Source: an uncultured Pseudomonadales bacterium
Lineage (GTDB): Bacteria > Pseudomonadota > Gammaproteobacteria > Pseudomonadales > Azotimanducaceae
Direction of reading: 5' to 3'
Assembly (NCBI GenBank): GCA_958296405.1
Contig: OY282519.1
Location: forward strand, 726,132-790,131
DNA length: 64,000 nt
Shown: positions 56,519-64,000 of the stretch, piece by piece
How the letters are laid out: each line of letters starts with the position of its first letter
How positions within the stretch are numbered: position 1 is the first letter of the stretch
Translations under genes and position numbers: made by a program
The notes under the pieces: model-generated
Database searches by the model: none
Told to the model about the DNA's origin: nothing
Seen by the model: only the letters and a program-made list of their open reading frames with translations

Positions 56519-56678
56519 GGCTAGGCGGCGCTCAAGCGCGGGAGTTCAGGCTGAAGCCGCATGATGGATGGCATCATAGCAGCGAGGCGGCTTGCGGTTC
56601 CGGTCGCCTCCCCCCTGTTCGTTCTCGACTGCTTGGCCGCGCCTGCCTCGCGGCAGCGTTCACGGCAACTGCGGGGTT

Positions 56679-56689
56679 GGGGGGGGGGG
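56679..56689. repeat. G11 homopolymer in the divergent intergenic region
   Basis: Read directly (ttg + ggggggggg + g). It lies 91 nt upstream of ATG 56780 and 161 nt upstream of the nfeD start. Confidence 0.95.
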
Positions 56690-56779
56690 CACATGCCCTC
56701 TTAAGACTGTCCTGCCTTAGGGAAGCGGGTGCGTTTGGGTTAAGGTGTTCGCATCCATTCAGGCGAACGAGGAGAGGCC

Positions 56780-57259
56780 ATGTTGCGAGGGATGCGTGGA
56801 GCGATGTTGGCGACGGTGTGCGGCGCCGCCATTGCCGCTGTTGCTGCGCCCAAGGCGACGGTTCAGGACCTCGCGTGGATGACAGGTTCTTGGGCTGGGC
56901 CGATGGGTGGCGGTCAGGTGCTTGAGGAGAACTGGACAGCGCCCCGCGCCGGCTCCATCGCCGCGGTGGTGCGCTTGCTGGGGCAGGACGCCCCCTCGAT
57001 GGTGGAGCTCATCTCCGTTGAGGAGGAGGGCGACAGCCTCGTGCTGCACATTCAGCAGTGGGATCCGGGCTTCTCCCCGCGCCCGGGCGGGGCGCAGAAG
57101 CTCAAGCTCCATGCCGTCGGCGAGAACCGCGTCGCATGGGAGGCCGTGGGCGAAGGCGGCATGCGATCGCTCGTCTATGCGCGCCCCGCGCCCGATACGT
57201 TCACCATCGATGTCGACACCGCCGACGGTCAGTTCCACATCGAGTTGAAGGCACAGTGA
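56780..57259 (+). CDS. Secreted hypothetical protein (DUF6265-like)
   Basis: A GGAGAGG Shine-Dalgarno, the signal peptide MLRGMRGAMLATVCGAAIAAVAA, then LAWMTGSWAG..G..LEENWT.P..GS, which I associate with the DUF6265 family. This assignment is from memory. Confidence 0.6.
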   Translation: MLRGMRGAMLATVCGAAIAAVAAPKATVQDLAWMTGSWAGPMGGGQVLEENWTAPRAGSIAAVVRLLGQDAPSMVELISVEEEGDSLVLHIQQWDPGFSPRPGGAQKLKLHAVGENRVAWEAVGEGGMRSLVYARPAPDTFTIDVDTADGQFHIELKAQ

Positions 57260-57359
57260 ACGGCCCGTTGGCGGCGACGGCGGCCGGCTTGGTCGTCCAA
57301 CGGCAGGAGCGCTGACGCGGCGCCATCGCGCGCCGGTCGCACCGCCGGCTAGAGCGTTC

Positions 57360-59582
57360 GTGAAACTGGCTTTCTGCATTTACCGCTACTTCCCCTATGG
57401 CGGCCTGTCGCGAGACTTGGCTGCCATGGCCGCCGAATGTGCGCGGCGGGGTTGGCCCGTGCGGGTGTATGCGCTGCGTTGGGATGCGCCGTTGCCGGGG
57501 GTGGAGGCCGTGGCCGTGCCGATGCGCGGGCTCACCAGCCCGGCCCGCTATCGTCGATTCACGCGATGGGTGCGCCAGCACTTGGCGGCGCATCCCGTGG
57601 ACCTCGTGGTTGGCATGAACAAGATGCCTAGCCTCGACGTGTATTTCGCGGGGGATTCCTGCTACGAGGAGAAGGTGCGGCTGGCGCGCCCTTGGCCCTG
57701 CCGGCTGCTGCCGCGCTATCGCCATTTCGCCGCGTACGAACGCGCCGTGTTCAGCGACGACCGGGTGCGGATCCTTGCGCTGACGGCGGCGCAGCAAGAG
57801 GCGTTTCAACGCCATTACGACACCCGCGGTGAGCGTTTCTTCATGTTGCCGCCGGCGTTGGCGGAGGCTGCTGCCCCACCTGGGGAAGGGACAGCTCGCG
57901 CTTGGCTCAACCGCGAATTCGCCTTGCCAACGAACGCCATCGCGCTGTTGTTCGTTGGCTCTGGCTTTCGCACCAAGGGGTTGGATCGGTTGCTCAGGGC
58001 GGTGGCTGCGCTGCCGGATGGCTTGGCGCAGCGGGTGTGGCTGCTTGTCATCGGCGCCGATCGCGACCATGCTTTCAAGCGCCAGGCGCGGCGCCTCAAA
58101 CTCGCTGAGCGCACACGTTTCCTAGGCGGGCGCGAAGATGTGCCAAAGTTCCTGCGCGGCGCCGATGCGCTCGCCCTGCCGGCATACAACGAGGCCACCG
58201 GCGGCGTCATCGTTGAAGCCATGGCGGCCGGATTGCCGGCCATCGTCACCGCTGCGTGCGGCTACGCGCCGCTGGTCTCCGTTGCCGATGCGGGCATCGT
58301 CTGCCCTGCGCCGTTCGACCAAGCGCGCTTCACGAGCGATTTGGCGCGGCTGTTGACGGACCCGCAGCGGGAGGCGTGGCGCGCGAACGGCCGCCGTTTC
58401 GCCGCTGGCATTGCTCCCGGCGCTCGCGCTCGCGCCGCGGCGGGCTTGCTTGAAGGCTTCGCTGTTGGCACGGCGCCGCGAACGGTGGCCCTTTGCCTGC
58501 ATCGGGTCGCGCCGGATGACGGCCCTTCGCGGGATTTTGCGCGCGTCGCAAGCGCTTGTGTGCGGGCCGGCTTCTGCGTCCGGGTTTACACGATGTCGTG
58601 GCGGCCGCCGCGCACCGTTCCGAAGGGCTTGGAGGTGATCGTCGCGCCAGTGGCATCCATGACTGGCTACAAGCGCTTGGAACGTTTCGCCGCTTGGGTG
58701 CAGGCGTCGCTCAAGCGCGACCCCGCGCAGTGCGTGGTGGGATTCAACAAGATGGACGCCTTGGACCTGTATCTGGTGACGGAGCCATGCATCGAACGGC
58801 AGGCAGACGAGGTGCGCCTGCGCTGGTACCGCCGGGCGCCAAGCTACCGCCAGCGTGTGCGCGCGGAGCGCGCGGTGTTCCGCGGCAGTGCGCAAGTGCT
58901 GGCGCAGAACGCCCGCCAAATCGAGGAGTATCGGGGCTACTACGATGTCGATGCGCGTTTCATCGGCCCGCTGGCGGCGCGGGCGGCCGCGGCGCCGGCG
59001 GCGGCTCGGCGGGCGTTTCGCGGCGAGCGCGACCTTCCGGATGGCGCGTTGCTGACGCTGCAAGTCGGCAGCGAGGGGCTCGACCGCGTGTTGCTCGCCA
59101 TGGGTGCGCTGCCGCGGGAAGTGAGCGAGAGAACTTGGCTGCTCGTCCTCAACGGGAGGCGCAGGTGGCGGAGCATGGCGCGTGGCTTGGGCGTGCGTGT
59201 TCTGTTCGAGGAATGTGGCACCATCAATGACGCCTACTATCGCGGTGCGGACCTGCTGCTGCACCTGCCGCACCGAGATTTGGCGGCGCGACCCGTGCTC
59301 GACGCCATCCGCGCGGGGTTGCCGGTGCTGACCATCGCGGACGTGGGCTTCGCCGAACATGTCACCCGCGCCGAGGCGGGCTTGGCGATGGAGCCGCCGT
59401 TCGACCTTGAGGTGTGCCGGCGTGCCTTGGTCGCGGCCCTTGGGGACGATGCGCAGCGGCGCGCATGGGGCGTCAACGGCGCCCGCTACTTCGCCCGCAC
59501 GGAGTTTGGAGCGCCGGACCGGGTGGTTGACATGATCCAAGAGGTGGTGGAGCGGCGTGGCCGAGCTGTTTTTGCGGGGTGA
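57360..59582 (+). CDS. waaG: LPS core glucosyltransferase WaaG fused to a second, diverged WaaG-like module (740 aa)
   Basis: aa 1-372 align along their whole length to E. coli WaaG (MKLAFCIYRYFPYGGLSRDL, VVGMNKMPSLDVYFAGDSCYEEKV, NEATGGVIVEAMAAGLP). aa ~377-725 repeat the same order of blocks in diverged form (VALCLHRVAPDDGPSRDF, VVGFNKMDALDLYLVTEPCIER, HRDLAARPVLDAIRAGLP). One uninterrupted frame. Confidence 0.85.
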   Translation: MKLAFCIYRYFPYGGLSRDLAAMAAECARRGWPVRVYALRWDAPLPGVEAVAVPMRGLTSPARYRRFTRWVRQHLAAHPVDLVVGMNKMPSLDVYFAGDSCYEEKVRLARPWPCRLLPRYRHFAAYERAVFSDDRVRILALTAAQQEAFQRHYDTRGERFFMLPPALAEAAAPPGEGTARAWLNREFALPTNAIALLFVGSGFRTKGLDRLLRAVAALPDGLAQRVWLLVIGADRDHAFKRQARRLKLAERTRFLGGREDVPKFLRGADALALPAYNEATGGVIVEAMAAGLPAIVTAACGYAPLVSVADAGIVCPAPFDQARFTSDLARLLTDPQREAWRANGRRFAAGIAPGARARAAAGLLEGFAVGTAPRTVALCLHRVAPDDGPSRDFARVASACVRAGFCVRVYTMSWRPPRTVPKGLEVIVAPVASMTGYKRLERFAAWVQASLKRDPAQCVVGFNKMDALDLYLVTEPCIERQADEVRLRWYRRAPSYRQRVRAERAVFRGSAQVLAQNARQIEEYRGYYDVDARFIGPLAARAAAAPAAARRAFRGERDLPDGALLTLQVGSEGLDRVLLAMGALPREVSERTWLLVLNGRRRWRSMARGLGVRVLFEECGTINDAYYRGADLLLHLPHRDLAARPVLDAIRAGLPVLTIADVGFAEHVTRAEAGLAMEPPFDLEVCRRALVAALGDDAQRRAWGVNGARYFARTEFGAPDRVVDMIQEVVERRGRAVFAG

Positions 59583-61677
59583 CTTGGCACGGGCTTGGCA
59601 ACGCCAAGACCCGTTCGCGGTGGCACAGGGCCTTGATGGCGAAACGGTGCGCTTGGCGCACGGGCGGCGGACGCTGCGTTTCGAGGCGGCCGGAGGCGTC
59701 TACTTCGCCAAAGTCCACGAGGGAGTTGGCTGGGGCGAAATCGGCAAGAGCCTGTTCGCGTTGAAGCCGCCGATCTTAGGCGCGGCCAACGAGTACCGCG
59801 CCTTGGTGCGCTTGGCTGCGGCGGGCGTGGCGGCGCCGGCGGTGGCCGCATACGGCTGCCGCGGCCACAACCCAGCGCGCCGCCAATCATTCATCGTCTG
59901 CGACGCGCTTCTTGGCTGCGTCAGCTTAGAGGATGTGGCCGCGGCGTGGGCCGAGCGGCCACCAACTGCCAAGTTGCGCCGTCGCCTGCTCGCCGCGGTG
60001 GCGGATCTCGCGCGCGGCCTGCACGGGGCGGGGGTGAGCCATCGAGACCTCTACCTGTGCCACATCTTGGCGGATGCCGAGGCGTTGGCGCGGGATGAGG
60101 CGCATCTTGCCGTCATTGACCTGCATCGCGCCCGCACGGGCCGCCGCGTGCCGCGCCGGTGGCAACTTCGAGACTTGGCGGCGCTCAGCTACTCCGCCGC
60201 CGGCGTCGCCCTCTCGCGCCAAGACACACTGCGTTTCTTGGCGCGCTACAGCGGGTTGCCGCCCCGCGAAGCGCTGCGTCGCCACGGCGCCCTGTGGCGG
60301 CGCGTAGGCAAGCGAGCCGAACGCTTGGCGGCGCGCGCAAACCAGCGCGGCATCGATCCAGCCGCCGTGATCGACGGGCGGGCGCCGCCGTTTGACGTGG
60401 CGGCGCGGCGCGGCAATGGCGCTCCCGCCACCATTCGATGTTTGGACATGCTGCGGCGGCTGCCTGGTCGGCGGCTCATCGTGCGCGGGCTGGTGGCGGG
60501 CCAGCCGGCGGCGGTGAAGTTCTTCTTCGGCAAAGGGGCGCGGCGCCGTTGCCGGGCGGAGGCGGAAGGCTTGTGCGCGCTCGCCGACAGCGGTGCTGGA
60601 TCGCCGGCGCTGCTGGACACTGGGGCTTGCGCCGGCGGCCATTGGAGCGCAACGGCTTGGATTGACGGCGGCGCCCCGTTCCAAAAGGAAGACTTAGGAG
60701 AGCTGGTTGACCTCACGGCCCGCCTGCATCGGCACGGCGTCATGCAGCGCGATCCGCATCCCGGCAACTTCGTCTTCGCCGATGGCAAGGTGCTGGCCTT
60801 GGATGGCGGCGGCGTGCGCGCCGGTGGCTTGGCGCGGCTGACGCTGCGTTTCAGCCGCCCTGCGAACCTGCGGGAGCTGGCGCGTTTGCTCGCCGCATTC
60901 GATGTGCCGCGGCAAGCGCTCGAAGGCTGCTATCGGCGCTATTGCGCCGGGCGCGGCTGGTCGCCGCGGGGCGCTGAGGCGCGGGCGCTGCCGCGGCAGA
61001 CGCGACGCGCCCGGTGCCGCCGCCGCCGCATCTATCTCCGCAAGACCGGGCGCCGCTGCACGGAGTTCGAGCGGCGCGATGGGCCAGAGTGCGCCACGCT
61101 CTTTCGCCGCGCGGCGATGTGCCCCGAGTTGGCGCGCTTGCTCGCTGCCCTGGATGCCGCGGTGGCCGCGGGTGAACGGCTGAAGGATGGCAACACGGCC
61201 ACGGTCGTGCGGGTGCGCGATGGCGTGGCCCGCTATGTGGTGAAGCGCTACAACGCGAAGGCGGGGCGGGCGCGCCGCGCTTGGCGCAATGGCCATTGGC
61301 TCGGCTTTTGCGGCATCCCCACGGCGGCGCCCATCGCCTTGGTCACCCCGCGGCGCCGGGGGGCTGCCTACTTGGTGTTGGAGGATCTTGGCGCTGACCG
61401 GCTCGATGAGCATGTCGCCCGCCACGGCGCTGACGCAGCGGTGCTCGACGGCGTGGCGCAGCTGTTCCATGCCCTGCGGCAAGAGGGTCTGACCCATGGC
61501 GACGCCAAGGCCACCAATTTCATGGTGTGCGCCGGAGTGGTGGCGCTGGTGGATCTCGATGCGCTGCGCCGGGCGTGGCTGCCGGGCGATCGACAGCGGG
61601 ACGCGCTGCGTTTCATGCGCAACTGGGAGGGGGCTGTGGCGGCGTCATTCGCCGAACGCTTGGGCGTGGCTGCATGA
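59557..61677 (+). CDS. waaP: Three-module LPS-core kinase: WaaP plus two further Kdo/WaaP-family kinase modules in one 706-aa ORF
   Basis: Module 1 (aa 1-270) aligns to E. coli WaaP (RTLRFE..G..YF.K, SFIVCDAL...SLED, HRDLYLCHIL, IDLHR). Module 2 (aa ~295-470) has AVKFFF, QRDPHPGNFVF and LALDGGG. Module 3 (aa ~480-706) has YVVKRY, HGDAKATNFMV and LVDLDAL. The GTG start overlaps the waaG end by 26 nt. Confidence 0.8.
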   Translation: MAELFLRGDLARAWQRQDPFAVAQGLDGETVRLAHGRRTLRFEAAGGVYFAKVHEGVGWGEIGKSLFALKPPILGAANEYRALVRLAAAGVAAPAVAAYGCRGHNPARRQSFIVCDALLGCVSLEDVAAAWAERPPTAKLRRRLLAAVADLARGLHGAGVSHRDLYLCHILADAEALARDEAHLAVIDLHRARTGRRVPRRWQLRDLAALSYSAAGVALSRQDTLRFLARYSGLPPREALRRHGALWRRVGKRAERLAARANQRGIDPAAVIDGRAPPFDVAARRGNGAPATIRCLDMLRRLPGRRLIVRGLVAGQPAAVKFFFGKGARRRCRAEAEGLCALADSGAGSPALLDTGACAGGHWSATAWIDGGAPFQKEDLGELVDLTARLHRHGVMQRDPHPGNFVFADGKVLALDGGGVRAGGLARLTLRFSRPANLRELARLLAAFDVPRQALEGCYRRYCAGRGWSPRGAEARALPRQTRRARCRRRRIYLRKTGRRCTEFERRDGPECATLFRRAAMCPELARLLAALDAAVAAGERLKDGNTATVVRVRDGVARYVVKRYNAKAGRARRAWRNGHWLGFCGIPTAAPIALVTPRRRGAAYLVLEDLGADRLDEHVARHGADAAVLDGVAQLFHALRQEGLTHGDAKATNFMVCAGVVALVDLDALRRAWLPGDRQRDALRFMRNWEGAVAASFAERLGVAA

Positions 61678-62696
61678 CGCGCCGGGCGCTGCAGATTTGT
61701 CCCAACGACCATCCACCGTTCGGCGATGTCTGCGCTGGCTTCGAGGCGGCGCTCGGCAAGCTGGGGTACGCCGTGACCACGGTGTTCTTTGCGCCGGCGG
61801 GCATTGGCGCCGCGCCGGCCACGCGCCGCTACCAGCCGCCGAGGATGTTGCGGCAGCTTGCCGGCGAAAACGCCGTCGATTTGGTGTTGACGCATCGCTA
61901 CAAGGGTTATCGCGCCGGCGTGGCGTTGCCGTCCAAGGCGCAGGTGTCGCTGTCCCACGGCTTCGACATGTTCAAGCGCCGCCGCCGCCGCTGGCGCGCC
62001 CGGCTGGCCCGCAAGCCGGTGGCCTTTGCCGGCGTCTCTGGCGCGGTGGCTCAGGAGATGGCGCGGCATTTGGGGCGTCCGTGCGGGACGCTGCCCAATG
62101 CCATCGACGCCGCCGCGTTGCGCGCCCGCCTCTTGGACCGGCTCGCGGCGCGCCAAGCGCTGGGGCTTCCTGCGGACGGCTATCTTGTTGGCGTTGTCGG
62201 ACGCCTGCACTGGTGGAAGCGGCCCCTGTTGGCGGTGGAGGGTTTCAACCGCGCCGGCCAGTGCCTTGGCCCGAAGGCCAAATTGGTGTTCATGGGCGCC
62301 GGCGACGAGGCGGCAAACATTCCGCGCCGGCCAGACATCGCCTTGGCCGGCTTCGTGCCGGATGCGTCGCGGTACCTGCGCGCGTTTGATTTGGTGCTCT
62401 CCACCTCCTCGGGGCGCGAGGCGTTCGGCATGAGCTTGGTGGAAGCGCTGGCCGCGGAAGTGCCGGTGGTGTGTGCGGAGCAACCCGGCCCGAAGGAGGC
62501 GCTGGGCGGCTGCGCGCGGTTCTTTGCCGACGCCGACGCCGACGCGTTGGCGCGGGCCCTCGTCGCGATGCGACGTGCGCCGGATGCCGCGCTGTGCGCT
62601 GCCGGTTACCGCCATGTGGAGGCGAACCTCTCCATCGGCGCCGTGGCGGACCGCTTGGCGGCGTTGGTCGAATCAGCCGCTCGCGTCGCCGGCTAG
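61674..62696 (+). CDS. Glycosyltransferase, GT4 (group 1) family
   Basis: ATGA overlap with the kinase gene. The C-terminal half has GRLHWWKR, FVPD..RYL.AFDLVL.TS..EAFGMSLVEALAAEVPVV (EX7E). Confidence 0.8.
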   Translation: MTRRALQICPNDHPPFGDVCAGFEAALGKLGYAVTTVFFAPAGIGAAPATRRYQPPRMLRQLAGENAVDLVLTHRYKGYRAGVALPSKAQVSLSHGFDMFKRRRRRWRARLARKPVAFAGVSGAVAQEMARHLGRPCGTLPNAIDAAALRARLLDRLAARQALGLPADGYLVGVVGRLHWWKRPLLAVEGFNRAGQCLGPKAKLVFMGAGDEAANIPRRPDIALAGFVPDASRYLRAFDLVLSTSSGREAFGMSLVEALAAEVPVVCAEQPGPKEALGGCARFFADADADALARALVAMRRAPDAALCAAGYRHVEANLSIGAVADRLAALVESAARVAG

Positions 62697-62724
62697 CGTG
62701 GCTGGCGGCCGGCAACGGGCGGCG

Positions 62725-63381
62725 CTAGTACATCTGCGGCTGCGCCGCGACGGCTAGGGAGGATTCGATGTCCCAGATCGCTCTGGTGATGGCGTGGCCG
62801 ATGAGGTCCATGCGGCGCACTTGGTCGATGCGTTCGGCGGCCTGCTCCAGCTCGCGTTCGGACAACAGCTCCTTGAAGATGCCGCAAGCGTCGGCCAAGC
62901 AGATGATGACGATGTCGCGCGGGTCCGGCAGTTCGTCGGAGAACAGCACGCTCATGATGCGCAGCTTCACTTCGCGCTCGGCGCTGCCGTCCACGATGGG
63001 ATAGCGCCGCGCCCGGAACACCCACATGAACCTGTCATCCCGGGCTTCCAAGATGCCCGCCGCCACGAGCTGGTCCAACGCGGCTTGGCGGATGTCGTTG
63101 GCGCGTCCAGCGGCGCGTTCCACCCAGTAGCGCGTGTCATGCCGCTCGGTGGCGCCGGCGATGTCGGCCAGCGTGGGATCGAGCACCGCGCAATCCAGCG
63201 GCGTGGGGTCCACGAGAATGAGCTGCTGCAAGTCTGTGTCGATGCGATTGTGCAGCGCCAATTCCATCAGCACGCCGCCGCCAAGCCCATAGCGCAGCGA
63301 CCAATCCGGCACGCGCGCGAACTTGCCGTCCTGGTCGTTCAGGAGCAGGAGCAGGACTTCTTCCGGGAAGGTGAGGGTCAT
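62725..63381 (-). CDS. GPP34/GOLPH3-family protein
   Basis: MTLTFPEEVLLLLLNDQDGKF......L.YGLGGGVLMELALHNRI is the characteristic N-terminus of bacterial GPP34 (PF05719) proteins. Predicted all-helical, 218 aa. Confidence 0.75.
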   Translation of the reverse strand: MTLTFPEEVLLLLLNDQDGKFARVPDWSLRYGLGGGVLMELALHNRIDTDLQQLILVDPTPLDCAVLDPTLADIAGATERHDTRYWVERAAGRANDIRQAALDQLVAAGILEARDDRFMWVFRARRYPIVDGSAEREVKLRIMSVLFSDELPDPRDIVIICLADACGIFKELLSERELEQAAERIDQVRRMDLIGHAITRAIWDIESSLAVAAQPQMY

Positions 63382-63457
63382 TCCGATCTCCTAGGTTGCC
63401 GCGGCCCATCGCCCGGTCATGGTGATGTTACCGTAAGCCCGAACGATGGCGTGTGGG

Positions 63458-64000
63458 TCATCTCGCGCCGGCACTGGGGCGGCGTTTGCGGCGCCGTTGC
63501 GCCTGGCCATACAGCGCCTTGCCTGCTGGGTGGGTTTTGAAGCGGCGGTGCAGCCACAGGTATTGATCTGGGTGGCGGCGGATTTCGGCCTCGATGGCTT
63601 GGTTCATGCGGGCGGCATCCGCCGTGTCGTCGCCGCTCGGATAGTCGCGCAGCCGGCGCAAGCGCAGCGACCAAGTTTGCCGCGCCTCATCGCGGAAGTG
63701 GCTAAACAGCACCACGGCCGAGCCATGCATCCGCGCCAGCCGGGCGCCGGCGGTGATGGTGGCCGCGGGTTGCCCAAAGAATGGCGCGAAGACCGAGTGG
63801 CGGCGGCCAAAGTCTTGGTCCGCGGCGTACCAGACGATGTGCCCTTGCTTCAGGCGCCGGGCGACGCGCCGCATGTCGCTGCGCTCGATGACGGCCTGGT
63901 AGCGTCGTTCGCGCCCGCGCCGCATCGCCCAATCGATCACCGCGTTGCGGTTGTGCCGATAGATCACGTCGAAGTCAACCTGCTCGGCGAGCAGCGCGCC
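63458..64000 (-). CDS. lpxL: Lipid A biosynthesis lauroyl/myristoyl acyltransferase (LpxL/LpxM family), 5' end outside window
   Basis: The frame stays open to nt 64000. YRHNRNAVIDW..RRGRER, WYAADQDFG...SVFAPFFG..AAT and PDQYLWLHRRFKT align block for block to the C-terminal half of E. coli LpxL. Confidence 0.85.
   Translation of the reverse strand, partial: GALLAEQVDFDVIYRHNRNAVIDWAMRRGRERRYQAVIERSDMRRVARRLKQGHIVWYAADQDFGRRHSVFAPFFGQPAATITAGARLARMHGSAVVLFSHFRDEARQTWSLRLRRLRDYPSGDDTADAARMNQAIEAEIRRHPDQYLWLHRRFKTHPAGKALYGQAQRRRKRRPSAGAR

Noticed and set aside
56677-56925. An 82-aa ORF starting in the G11 tract (MGGGAHALL...).
   Set aside because: It has a TTG start inside a homopolymer, no Shine-Dalgarno, an Arg/Cys-rich product, and it overlaps the well-supported secreted-protein gene that starts at 56780.

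Overview
High-GC, almost fully coding chromosomal segment. The gene order looks gammaproteobacterial (inference from synteny, not from a search). Most of it is housekeeping in conserved blocks:
- tag-lpxL
- trkH-trkA-rsmB-fmt-def, divergent from dprA
- a tightly overlapping plus-strand run: purE-tsaC-aroE-ctaA-cyoE-galE-egtB-egtD
- DUF2782/polA/engB/cytochrome c4/dsbA/aceE
- recCBD
- waaC-waaF-ilvE-glnE
- SPFH/NfeD
- an LPS inner-core block (waaG, waaP, a GT4 glycosyltransferase, a second lpxL)

No rRNA, tRNA, CRISPR array, transposase or integrase was recognised. Many ORFs in the supplied track are GC-driven antisense or 5'-extended artefacts. Starts were re-chosen from homology and from start/stop overlaps (ATGA, GTGA, TTGA, TGATG).

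The parts that housekeeping does not explain:
1. Directly after aceE, where aceF would be expected, sit two near-identical tandem genes. Each encodes a secreted, Cys-rich protein with two retropepsin-type DTGA motifs, so each may be a single-chain pseudo-dimeric aspartic protease.
2. A ~12 kb minus-strand acyl-CoA cluster resembles liu/atu but is rearranged and atypical. It holds an HMG-CoA-lyase-like enzyme, an MCC/GCC-type carboxylase, a one-Glu crotonase, a Cys-less thiolase-like protein with an OB-like tail, an embedded phosphoglycosyl transferase, an MFE-2-type SDR, and an upstream DUF35/thiolase/membrane-anchored MBL trio.
3. The LPS locus encodes a doubled WaaG (740 aa), a three-module WaaP-family kinase (706 aa) and a GPP34/GOLPH3-family protein.

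Two homopolymer tracts of at least 10 nt and a decayed region upstream of polA are also noted. All family assignments come from motif recognition by eye and need HMM or BLAST confirmation.
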